From Gonapodya sp. JEL0774 (taxonomy: Eukaryota), in assembly GCA_027604505.1 (NCBI GenBank), contig JADIIX010000036.1, positions 124,001 through 176,612 on the forward strand: DNA of 52,612 nt, in the 5' to 3' direction. Position 1 is the stretch's first letter, and each line of letters starts with the position of its first letter. A program made the position numbers and the translations under genes. Shown here in pieces: positions 1 to 11,390 of this stretch. Below the pieces are notes generated by a model. The model was not told where the DNA came from and made no database searches. It saw only the letters and a program-made list of their open reading frames with translations.

Positions 1-384
1 TTTGCTGCTGGGATCCTTGGTAAGAAGAAAAGAGAAGCGTTCACTTGCCAATACTGTCTACGGAAGCGTTGCTCATTGAATCTTTGCCTGTCCTGTCAGC
101 TCTCCCCACGCGACGCTCTTGAGGCGGGGTACGTGGACGAAGTGGTGTCTGACGCCGCATCGCTCTCCACAGTAGCGCTTGCTCGGCTTGGTGAGCTTGC
201 ACGGCTACCTGCTCACTCTCGGTACTCAGCGAAATTGCAGTTGCGCCGGAACGCAATCTGGGCTCTTGGAGAGGACGAGGAGGCGTTTGTGGCGGAAATG
301 ACGGAGCTGGTTAAGGACCCGAGGTCTCAAGAAGCATTGGGCAAAGTGTGGGGAGAAATGCAAAAGAAGAAGAGTCAGAAGTGA
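1..384 (+). CDS. 3' end of enoyl-CoA hydratase/isomerase (crotonase) family protein, Delta3,Delta2-enoyl-CoA isomerase-like; partial, probable intron ~20-99
   Basis: LSPRDALEAGYVDEVV matches the crotonase A..A...GLVDEVV segment, followed by a helical tail (ARLPAHSRYSAKLQLRR) typical of ECI1-type isomerases; stop at 384. Confidence 0.75.
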   Translation, partial: FAAGILGKKKREAFTCQYCLRKRCSLNLCLSCQLSPRDALEAGYVDEVVSDAASLSTVALARLGELARLPAHSRYSAKLQLRRNAIWALGEDEEAFVAEMTELVKDPRSQEALGKVWGEMQKKKSQK

Positions 385-483
385 AGCGTCAGAAGTGAAA
401 CTCATACAAATTGTTGTATGCATCTGCTCGATCAACTCTCGGCCCGCAACACTCTTCATCAGTCCCAGTCGTCGTCCGCCACA

Positions 484-2259
484 ATGACAACGTTGCCGCA
501 TACCCCTTCGCTCATTGTTTTCCACGGCCCAATCATCCATACACCCGCTCGAGGCTGCCTCGAAATCCTCACTTCCGCGATTCTGTGCTTGGACACAAGT
601 GTATCTGGTCGAATCCTTTTCGTGAGACAGCTCGATCCGAGAGAGAGCGCGCGAGAATGTACTAAAAGAGAACTAGAAAAGTTTGGTGTTGGTCCGGATG
701 TTGGATTCGAGTTTAAACCGTTGAGGAAGGGACAAATGTTGCTGCCAGGACTGATCGACACACATATCCACGCTCCACAAGTGGGTACGAGCGCGCGCCT
801 ATTCCTCAGCTTTTCTTGGACTCACAAAGATGGATCGTGCAGTACCGGTTTGTGGGAGGAGCAACGGACAAACCTCTGATGGAGTGGTGCGTTTCTGTGT
901 GACGGGTCGGACGGTGTCTTGCTACATTCATTGTACCATTCCAATTGAGTAGGCTTGGTCATTACACCTTTCCGACAGAAGCAAAACTGAAGGATCTTAG
1001 TTTCGCTCAAGAGGTGTACGGGAAACTTGTCAGACGCCTCCTCAGGTACAGAGTCGTTTGCTCGGTCTCCCAAGCTCTTCGAATGTTTTCGTTTTGAGTT
1101 GATTGCTTTTGACTCTTAGAAATGGGACTACGGCAGCGTTGTATTTTGCCACAATTGATTTGGAGCCAACAAAGTTGCTCGCAACAATATGCGGAGAATA
1201 CGGACAAAGAGCCTGCATTGGCAAGGTTGGTGTGTGATCATACTGCAGTCAACCGTTTTCGCTTCGAATTCAACTCATTGAGAAGTTCAACCGTGGTTGC
1301 AGGTCTGTGCTGATCAGCACTCACCTTCTTACTACATTGAAACCACAGCCGACTCGCTGTCTTCGACGGAGGCTTTTATTCAATTCGTACACGCGAAATG
1401 GCCCAAGGCGTCGCCTGATGGCCATCCCCTCATATATCCTGTTGTCACTCCACGTTTCACTCCCACTTGCTCACATCATCTCCTCGCCGGACTTGGGCGC
1501 CTTGCCACGCAGTATGACGTCCACGTACAATCACACATCTCAGAGTCTCTAGATCAGATCGCTTTTACTCGGTCATTGTATCCTGAGACCGAGGCACCAC
1601 ATTTCGGCTCGGATGCAGCAATTTTTGATTCGCATGGACTGCTCACGAAGAAAAGTGTCTGGGCACACGGTGTGCATCTTACCAAGAGGGACCTTGAGCT
1701 TATGGCTGGTAGAGGCGCGGCAGTTTCGTGCTGTCCGCTCAGCAACGTGTATTTTGCACACGGGAATTTGGACATTAGAAAATGTTGGGACGAAGGCGTG
1801 GATGTTGGGCTTGGCACGGATATCTCTGGGGGTCCCCTGACGACAGTGGTCCAGGCAATGAGGTGGGCAGTTGGGAACTCGAGACAATTGGAAGTTTCGG
1901 AAATGCTGGTGAACGGCGGGAAGCAGGAGCCGGGAACTAAGGAGTCTCCAGTTATCTCATGGAAGGACGCCTTTTATCTTGCTACACTTGGTGGTGCACA
2001 AGCTCTCTCTCTTGATGATCACATTGGCTCGCTCGAGGCTGGAAAGGAATTTGACGCTTTGCTGGTGGACGTGAAGCCTGAATGGGAGACGAGTTGGGAT
2101 GTTTTTGAGGAAGAAATGGTTGATGGACCTCCTACCGTCGAGCAGATTGAGATGTGGGTTGAGAAGTTTATTAACCTGGGCGATGATCGGAATCTGGCAG
2201 AAGTTTATGTAAAGGGAAGGAGGGTAGCTGGATACGGATTGAGAGGGCCAGATTCATAA
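484..2259 (+). CDS. GUD1: Guanine deaminase (amidohydrolase family), 5 exons
   Basis: PGLIDTHIHAPQ metal-binding motif; spliced PLMEWLGHYTFPTE and NGTTAALYFATI; PVVTPRFTPTCS, HVQSHISES, AHGVHL, CPLSN, GLGTDISGG, ATLGGA, GKEFDAL, GDDRN; GT-AG introns ~781-842, 887-952, 1045-1119, 1227-1302. Alternative start at 418. Confidence 0.95.
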
Positions 2260-2458
2260 TACAGAGGTTCTTTACTTATTCAACAAGGCAGACAAATCAA
2301 ATATTTATGCATTGAATGCCTGAAAGAGTTTTGGCAGGCCATCGACAATTGAATGCCAACTAATTATAAAGCACGCATAACAAGACGCGTACGGCTAACC
2401 ACCCCTCCGTTCGCCAGGCTGTCGCTGCAAAATTGTGGCTGCAAAATATTATCGGGCC

Positions 2459-3031
2459 ATGACCAAAAAGCCCAAGCGGTTTGGGGCCGCCATCAAGGTT
2501 GGAATCTGCTGTTCCGTGTCTTCATTCCGCGCTTACATAACCTTCCACTTTTCCACTTTAGCTCCGCCCTGGCACGCTTGCGAAATACCACGAGTATCAC
2601 AATAAGCCATCAGAAATTCGATCGGCTGTCTTGCAGAGGCTGTACGAATCAAATATCAGAAACTACGTCATTTATTATACCGTATTGGAAGGGTTGGGCG
2701 ACGTACTGTTTTCTAGTCTGGAATGGTTCGGAGAATGGGATGAATTAAAAGGACAAGATGGTTGGAAGGAATCGTTCGCGAAAGGTATGTGCGCCAGATG
2801 ACAGTTCAGCTTCTTTGAGCTGATTATGTATTGCATGGACATACAGACATGGCTGCTGTTGCTGCAGACCCAAAGACCCGAGAATGGTGGGCGATAATGG
2901 AAGAATTTCAGGTGCCTTTTGCATGGACGGGTCCACCTCCGTCCCAAGGGGGGGTTGGAGACTGGTGGCAGCCCATGACGGAAGTCTTCCACAGCGGCAG
3001 TGAACCGAAAAGTTACGACTCTGGACAGTAA
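2459..3031 (+). CDS. L-rhamnose mutarotase (RhaM/DUF718) family protein, 3 exons
   Basis: Spliced product MTKKPKRFGAAIK|LRPGTLAKYHEYHNKP...LYESNIRNYVIYY...FAK|DMAAVAADPKTREWWAIMEEFQVP...WWQPMTEVFH matches the RhaM pattern (Y...H, IRNYSI, ADP.T..WW, EVFH). Confidence 0.85.
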
Positions 3032-3266
3032 ACAATCAGAAATATTAAAATACACCATAGTCATAAGCATAAGTGACTCCCTGTACGATCCTGCGCACAA
3101 TCAAATTGCCTATCTCCATTATTTCCGCCTAGATGATCGTGGATCACCGTTATCGGAACCCAAGTACTCGCTGTCATACGCGTCGAAAGGATCGTGCTAC
3201 GAAAGAATGCGGACAAACATAGAATGAGCAAAGCGCGGGTATTGTTTACAGAACAGGGGAGGAAGG

Positions 3267-5145
3267 TCACATCGCACCCACCTCTGGTATTGCGTAACCA
3301 TCACGATCCGCCTCATTCGGGTCGTTGTATCCAACCGTGTACGTGGAAATCGTATCCTGCTTCTTCTTCCGATCTTTTTTGCTCCCTTTACGCTGCGCGC
3401 CTTCCTCAACTCCAGACTCTTCTGCGGTATATCCAGAGGATTCCCCAGTCCCAACTTGACTTTTCCGCTTCGACTTTTTCGATTTGGTTTGTTTCGGCCT
3501 GGTACCATTCACAGCCCCAGATTTTCCATTGGCACCAGCGATGGAGTCCTGTCCCCATTCTAATTCCATATCACTCTCCTCCATCATTGGCGTAAACTGC
3601 GGCATGGAGAGTCCTGGGCCCCCCGGTGTCCAATTGGCAAGTCCGGGACGGGCCGGTGACTCAGGCGGCGTTGGAATGACGTTAAAAAGGGACGGAGCGC
3701 GAGAATCACCTTTGCTCAGCCAGGGTGGTGCAGCACCGCCATCTGTGAGATTGCGATCCTTGGGTTTAAACCCATTCGCCGATTCTATGTCCCTTAAAGC
3801 AGCGTCCCGACCCGCGAAAGATTCACCAAATACAGCCATCGGCTTGCCGGACCTGGACAAACTTCCATTTGGATCTGAGCCCCCTTGCTTGCTGAAGGTC
3901 ATCGTGAAAAACCGCTTTCGCATCCGCACGATAACCGACGGATGTTTGCGAGAGATGTAGAAATAGGCAGCGACACTACCCAGAACCACCAAAAGGACTG
4001 CAAAGATTCCCCCAACAATTCCACCAACATTAGAACCTGACCCTGAGCTCACAGATGAGAGGAACAGTGGCGAGGAAGATCCCGCGGCGAACGAAGGACC
4101 GTATTCAGTACCCACAGCTGAAAGCGAATCACAGCATGTAGGGCGTGGTGACACGGAATTGCAATAGGTAGAAGCGACATAGTTGCTAACGAAGCCTTTA
4201 GCAAGAAAGAACGAACGACCTGAGGGTTAAACTTCCATCGGGCAAAAACTACACTTCAAATCTCCCACTGACCACATCTTCCAGCCTCTGCAGCTACCGC
4301 TGAAATACAACTAGGATTTGTGGCACTAGCCGTCCCAGAAGCGCACACCTTAGTCAAATTCGCCAAGATTCCCACACGAAAGGCTTGGATAGAATCGCTC
4401 GCCGGCGGACAGATGCTACCCGAGTTCAGAATGGCTGACAGAGAATCGATGTACGATTGGCAGGTGGTCCGGCACATTGGCTACAATAAAAACAGAGTTG
4501 AGACGTGGTGTTAATTCATTCCCCGAAAGATAGTTTCAAATCGGCTCCATGCTCACTGGAGTACCAGCCGACTGGCATTCCCGGTGCTGCACGATACTGA
4601 CGGCGCAGCCATATGTTAGCTGATATCGCAGCCCTGCTCCATCCCACCTGTCCGACCATAAATAGGAATCATGGAATCAGAATCTTGACGGACTCTAAGT
4701 GCAAGTGCTCTGATAGCAGCTAAATCTCACTTGCAACCAAATTTGGCGTTGAAATCACCAATCGCAGCGTTACCAACTGCCCAGGATACGAGAGTGGAGC
4801 TATATTGTCGATCACATAGTGGAGAAAAGACGTTCAAAGAATCACAACGAAGAAGAGCAGCTCAGCACTATCGGAAACTTACTCGAAATCCTGGAAAGTT
4901 GGTACAGCCGTTCCGTTCTTTGTCACTGGCAAAGACATCCCGTTCCAGACGTTACATATCGCAGCACTGGCGTTCGCTGGAACACACGAATACGAGGCAG
5001 CACTCGGAAAATTGGGTACAGGATCGATTGCAATGGTTGCCCCTCTAACGCAGCATGCGGTGGTCAAGAACGCAAGAACAGTTGCCCGAAGTAGGAAACA
5101 GTAACCGGGAGGGGCGTCGAATACGGCACTCTGGGCTCCTGACAT
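3267..5145 (-). CDS. Type I single-pass membrane protein: signal peptide, Cys-rich extracellular domain, TM helix, low-complexity cytoplasmic tail; multi-exon
   Basis: Hydrophobic N-terminus (FLLRATVLAFLTTACCVRG); Cys-rich exons (AKFGC, LRYQLTYGCAVSIVQHREC, MCRTTCQSYIDSL..ICP, C..AVAAEAGRCG, PTCCDS); TM GGIVGGIFAVLLVVLGSVAAYFYI followed by SRKH..RMRKR. Confidence 0.7.
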
Positions 5146-5362
5146 GGTCTCGTCTAGGTTAGCTAGCGGTCTGAGAGATGCGTCCTTTGCTGAAGTGAAA
5201 ATGGTCGTCGATTATGTGCCGTTTGCCCTTTTGTCCGAAGTCGTTTGTGGGGAGGTCGGTCAGTCAGGGACGAAGGTCAAAATCACACATGAATCGGAAG
5301 AAAGATTTCATAATTTGTGACGAAATGCCTGTAAATATATGTTACATCATTATTGTTATCAT

Positions 5363-7238
5363 TTAAGCCTTTGATTTCGTCTTGTTCGTCTGTCTTAAGC
5401 GGTTGTTCGAAGTTCGTGGGCGAGTTCCTCCCCTTGGTCCGATAAGATACTGGTCTGTCGGAAAAGTAAAGAAAGCAGATTTGAGAATGAGAAGGAGCGC
5501 GGAAAGCCACTGAGCATGCAACTCACCACCAATTTGCTCTGATGCAACCTCTGCTGCTCTCCTCCGCTCTCTTCGAACAGAGAACTCTTGCCCATCGCGA
5601 TCCAATTCGATCTTTAGAGCCTGAGACTCGTCGTTCTCCTTTTCCTCATCCAGTCCGTTGAGCTTGGAGACTTCCCCAGCAAGAGACTCCACGATTGTTG
5701 TGCACTCTTGATCAGTATGCGAAGACTTCGACCCTGCTGATTGTAAGACAAGCAGTGAAGGTCTGGAGGGGCGGCTACCACCGTGAGGACCGTAAGCGTA
5801 TTGGTCTGCGTCATTTAGAGTGCAATGTGAGGAGCGACCCAAACACTCAATGCCACAGGTCATCAACCCATAAGCTTACCAGTGATCTGTTCCCCCGCTA
5901 CTTGCGCCGCCCTTCTCGTCGGTCTGGCGACCCTGTATAGGCTTCTGTGAGATCCGCTCCCGGTATCCGTCTCCTCCGTCGCAGCGACAGACTGGTCATC
6001 GTCAACTGTGTCATCATCGTAGCCAGATTGTTCTCGATGATCAGAAAATTTTGATTTATGGATGTTGTTTGCAGCTGGATCCGCAATTCTGACATGGATG
6101 GAATCCGCCCGGGTACGCTCTGCTTTCTCTCGATCCCGCTGAGGCATTTCGTTTGTCAAGTCGATTGCAGTCCGATCTCCGTGAAATGATGATGGAAGTG
6201 GAAGAGTGCAGATATCCGTTTCCCCGTTCTCATGTTCTTCTGTGTGACCGCTCATGCGTCCTTGCTCATTGGGTAGGTCGATCGCGAGGACTGGGATATA
6301 TTTCAACTGGAAATCCTTCTCGCGCCGGAAGAGAAAAATGTGAGGTTCGGGTCCGTGAAGCAGATAGTGCTGCCAGCCTGGCGATCTGTATCAAGAGGGT
6401 TTAGAGTTGAATCAGGCAGTTGGGACTCGAAACCCACTGTTGAATACCTATAAGCAACAAGAACAAGGTAAGTGCCCAGAAGTTAGGGTGTAGAATTAAA
6501 CTGACGAACCAATTGCGCGCCATTCAGCTTCATTTAGAAGACGATTACGAAGACGGTCGGGTATGTATTGGAAAAGACGTTTTGGGAGGATCACGTGCCT
6601 GTGAGAAATGCAAGTGCACGAGGATGCACCGCAATTGAAATAAGCATTTGTTATCCAGTATATAGAGTTGATTACGCCTTATGGCGCAGCATTTGAGGGA
6701 ATCCATCCCGTGTGGTAGGCAAACAGAAGGTCACTCACCGGAACTCGTGTACATCGTCGTTATACTTGTCCGCATAGAAAATGGCCTCCTTCAGCTTTCT
6801 GACCGTCTTTTGAGTGGCAGCATCACAAGATTCATATGGGTCGGGAAGCTCGATCGGCGGCTCGTACAGAAATTCGATGGGTTGAGCGGGGATGCTCTGC
6901 TTGAGGTGCCGGACCTTAGGCTTTGCCGCCAGTAACTGCGTGCAAGCCTTATCAGAATCGGGATGCGACACGGAGAGTATTTTCGCAGAGTCTCTTTTGT
7001 TTTGGGGGGGAAAGTCGAATGTGGTCGTCATCCGCGCCGTTTTTCGCTTCTTCTCCTTGGAGGATCCCAGCAACCCATAGTCACTCGTTTCCATATCAGA
7101 TCCGGCCGAATCAAAAAGCGAATCCATAAAACAGCGACGTCTTTTGTGTTCGCCATCACGCTGAAGGATGTCCACCTCTGGTTCGGACCCTGCAGGTAAA
7201 GTGGGTCGAGAATCACTAGATGATGATATTTGAGGCAT
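5363..7238 (-). CDS. CKS (cyclin-dependent kinase regulatory subunit, Cks1/Suc1) domain protein with long N- and C-terminal extensions, ~491 aa; exons 7238-6739, 6598-6510, 6447-6438, 6385-5880, 5805-5527, 5454-5363
   Basis: Spliced segment [69 protein letters not shown] is a complete CKS domain; all introns GT-AG; total exon length 1476 nt is in frame. Confidence 0.9.
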
Positions 7239-7543
7239 TTTTATGGATATCGTGGTGTTTTGATCGAGAATCAAAGACGGATTGCGAGTTTGGTGTTATA
7301 TTATGAAATCACCGTGATTTCAATCGATTGGTAGGAGGTGATGCCTTTCGTAACGGGAAGGAGCAAGCTTGCACTAGTTGCAGTCCGAAACTGGGATTCT
7401 GAATGGTGTGCCTCGGTTTTGCGGAATGAATCAATTGGTATTTGAATCTTATCAGACAGTCCCAGCCTGTCAACCTTACTCTATTTAGTTGCACAGCACA
7501 GGCCTCACTCGCCACTCCCACAAACGACTCAACACTGCACATC

Positions 7544-9205
7544 ATGCAAAATCCGAAATTGTCGCGAGATATCTGGGCATCACATGTCTTGCCACTGCTA
7601 CCCCTCGAAACAGTCGTGATGATGCGGCAAGCGTCCAGGTGGTTTCAGCAAACATCGTCACGTGAAGTAATCTCTCGGACATTATCCCGTCGTTGGCTTC
7701 AAAGATCTGATGTCGTTGATGAGGAGGACCGGAGCAAACTGGCGATTTGGCGTTTAGGGATAAGAGATATCACCACCGCCAGTCAGATTCAAATTGCGTA
7801 CGATCGGCTCGTACGGGAAGCATCAGAGATGGCAAAGAAGATTGAGAGTAAGCAAAGGCAAGGAAAGCAAGGATTGGAACGGGAAGAAAGAGCGCAAACG
7901 GTGACTGAGGAGAAGAAAACATCCGCTTTTCGAAGACATCGGGATGGGAGCGGACGACCATCTTCTCCACCGAGCGCGGATAAAGAATCAACTCCTTTCC
8001 GAAGGGAAGACAAGAGAAGTCGCAAGAAGAAGGCACGTGAGCAGAGTGACGAAGAAACTTCATTCCAACAGCCGATCAAGAACTCTCGGACGCTCATATC
8101 GCCGGAAACCACAATGGACCCATCGGAGCTCTTGATCACCTCAAAACTTCATCATTTCATCTCAGATGCGGTTTATGAGGAAGTTGGCGATGCGCCTCCC
8201 AAGCTCACCGCTGAATGTGAGTATTCTTAACGGTATAACTCTCAGGCTTCAACGTAACGGACACTTGACTCCAATTTCTTCGCTTAAGTTCACGAATGGG
8301 TACACTTCACGCCAGCGAGTGATAACCTGGACCTGATGGATGATTTCCGTCGGGAGATGTTGCACAATCGGGATCGAGGAGTTTTGTCACGCAAGCACGC
8401 GGAATGGGAGCGACGCACGGAGTGTATAGTGTCAGAGCTTAGGAGGATCGTTTCAGTGTGCTGGGCAGTGGGAGCGAGGAAGTGAGTCATTCAGAATGCA
8501 CTGATCATCCGCAAAGTTGTGAACGTACCGTTGGTCTTCGTGGAGCACAGACTCTTTCCGTTCACACCTCGAGAGAACAAAGAGTGGAAACATCGAAAGC
8601 AAGCTCGCCTTGCTGCGCAACTGATGGCCGCGAATGGGGACGGTGCAAAACTGCGATTGAACGCAGAGGAACTTTTCCTTAGGGCAATTCACACAACCGC
8701 GATCGTCACTGCGGCAACATACGGTTTTGATGACCTTTCTCCAATATCATCAGCGGATAGTGTGGCGCATGTCATGGATATAAGTTCCTCAGAAACGCCA
8801 TCAGATATTCCCTTTGACATTCCTGACGAGGAGTTTTCAAGTGAGGGTGAAGACCCCACTCCAACACCTCCACCTTCGGTATCACACCTGCAATCTTCGG
8901 TATCATCACCCACCGTGGACACTTCCAGGATACGAAACCGTCCAGTTACTACGAATTCATATCGCACTGATTACGTGCTTCTGCTGTTCCGTTTCATGCG
9001 CGATTTATCTCCGGAAGCGCGTGTTCTTCGCTTTCCACCTGGTTTGAGCAATCGAGATCGCAAGCGAATTCACCAATGGACTCGACGTCTATCGACAAGG
9101 TCTGCAAGTGGATGGGGAAAGGGCTCAAAGAGCTACAGCTTCGGGGAAGGTGCTGAGAGATTCGTCGCGGTGGTCAAAGACGGAGTGGAAGTGACGAACA
9201 TATGA
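7544..9205 (+). CDS. Protein with N-terminal F-box-like motif and C-terminal R3H single-stranded nucleic acid-binding domain; introns 8218-8288 and 8482-8550
   Basis: N-term KLSRDIWASHVLPLLPLETVVMMRQASRWFQQ resembles F-box consensus (LP.EI...I..L....L......V.R.W); C-term LRFPPGLSNRDRKRIHQW...SYSFGEGAERFVAVVK is an R3H (RxxxH ... S.GEG..R) motif. Confidence 0.7.
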
Positions 9206-9216
9206 GCCACCGCTCA

Positions 9217-9249
9217 CCAATTAGCCAATTAAACCAATTAAACAATTAA
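9217..9249. repeat. Short imperfect tandem repeat (C)CAATTA x4
   Basis: ccaattag ccaattaaa ccaattaaa caattaa directly after the stop of the F-box/R3H gene. Confidence 0.8.
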
Positions 9250-9558
9250 CTTTATCGAATGTTTCGAGGGTAGTTAACGAATTTTATTTGCCACCCGCCG
9301 TCACGACACCTACTCTGGTTTTGCAGACGTCAATGTTGGCAGATCGGGGACCAAGTGCAAATTGTGACTCTCCGCCAAGAAGCCTCTCTGTGTGTGGTGG
9401 GCTGCGGCTGCCAACCAAGCGCCAACTTCAATTCCCATACATATATTGATAGTTTCAAGGTAAGCTGATTGATGGCGCGCGATTCCCCAATCTACTTCAC
9501 AGATGGAACAATTGAACGCCACCGATTAGAGAAACCTGGTTCGACCTAGATTTTCAGA

Positions 9559-11230
9559 ATGTCAGCCAGTGGCCGAAATGTGACGCGGACCAATAGCTCG
9601 TCATCCTTGGGCTCTATTGCACCATCTGTGTCCGAGCACTTATGGTTCGAGGCCTTTACGGTCAGAGGAAGTATTGCTCTCCAGGTGAGTGCACAAATCG
9701 GAGAATCAAGATCCGATCCACTACCCTGACCACTTCTCACCAGGTCTTGCCCCCAGTTGTCGTCCTGGTGCTATGGACGACACTTGTGGCGTATCTTAAC
9801 CTGAGCATGACCACTGATTTCAGACTTCCCACCACGTTCATCACTCTGGTAAGCAACTCGTTGAAAAATTCCGCCATGGCTTCATGAACGAAGTCCGACG
9901 TTTTTGCCAGCTCGGGGTTGTCCTCGGCCTTTTACTTGCATTTCGATCGGGTCAAGCATACGACCGTTACTCCGAGGGAAGAAAAACATGGGGGACCCTG
10001 CAAGGCCAGTGCCGGAACGGGGTCCGTTCGATGATGCTGGCCTACGTGGACACAGAAGAAGGAATTGCCGCACGAGCAAAGGCCGTGAAACTGGTCATTG
10101 CGTTCGTTTTCTCCTTGAAACATTATTTGAGAGCTGAAAGAGACCCAAGCCAGCTTTCGGACATGCTGGATTTAATGGACGTAATTCCAATTGCCGCCTT
10201 TTCGTCTCCAAGTGGAACCGAGAATGGAAAGTATGAGGTCACAGAGTCGGATCCTCTTCTCGGCCCGTATGCCTCTATTGTATTTGAAAACGGGGAGGGG
10301 ATGCCTTGTAAGTGAATCTGTACTACTCTTCTCCGATTGCGACTGCGACTGATACGTTGATTGCCTGCTCATCATACTACAGTCAAGATCGTTTATGTTT
10401 TGGCGAAACACCTTCAAAAGTCCGTCCATGATAACCTTTTGGTGGGAATTTACTCAAGTACAGTTCAAGGGTTGCCCGCTGCGTTCACTGAGACAGGAAC
10501 CACATTGGAGCGCATCGCAACGTCACCAATGTGAGCCATTTATGTTATGCAGAGATCCTTCAGGAGTCCACCCTTTGGTGACACCTTGTTGTTTTGTTGT
10601 TTCCACACCAGACCACCTGCTTACTCGATTCACCTGAAACAAATTTTGTTCATCTATTGTTTCTTCTTGCCTCTTCAGCTTGTCAAAGATCTCCAGTGGA
10701 TGGTAATATTAGTGGTATTCTTGGCTTCGTATTGCTTGCTTGGGATAGAAATGATTGCACGACAACGTAAGTTGGTTAAGTTCCGGTAAAAAGAGTAACT
10801 TCGCCGGCGTTTGATATTTTTTTCCCTTGCATTCGTATAATTTTATCCATAATTTGGCAGTTGAAATGCCCTTTGGGTGAGTTCAGAAGCTTTCGCTGCT
10901 GTTCCCTTCCTGACCTTTTATGTCTTCCTTCAGGTACGGTGGGTTCAATGCGACCGCAATGTTGAATGAAACCATAACTCATTGACCTCACGCGGTGGTC
11001 TGCGCCAATACCTTTTTAATCAACGTGCAGATGAGAATGAGTGAGGATAAACCAGTTTTTTGGAATCCACTTTATGGTCTTAATTGCCTTACTCTTACAG
11101 TCTCCCAATGGATGCTCTGGCTCAGGACGTCAAGAGGGAAATTCTTGATGTGAGCAGTTGTCCCAATTATATTTGCCTGCCATGCAAACACCTCCCTTGT
11201 GTGCATAAGATTGTCAACACGCAATTGTAA
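9559..11230 (+). CDS. Bestrophin (RFP-TM/UPF0187) anion channel family protein; many exons including micro-exons 10861-10876, 10934-10938, 11031-11040
   Basis: LGVVLGLLLAFRSGQAYDRYSEGRKTWG, LKHYLR, PPAYSIHLKQILFIYCFFLPLQLV, LGIEMIARQLEMPFGYDENDLPMD (after splicing). Confidence 0.92.
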
Positions 11231-11390
11231 ATTCGAATCTATTCACATTCCCCACTTTGCTAATGGAAATGGAAAATTATATAACGGGTTATATGTCAAC
11301 CCAATTGACAGTGACACTCTGTACATCTGTAGTCGAACAATCTCACAATGTTTGTGCAAAAGTCTTGCAAATGCCACGTTCCGTAGAACA

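Noticed and set aside
8483..8485. In-frame TGA between two open segments of the F-box/R3H gene (possible selenocysteine or readthrough)
   Set aside because: It lies in a perfect GTGAGT donor at 8482; a 69-nt GT-AG intron (8482-8550, with CTGAT branch-like site) removes it in frame, and no SECIS is evident
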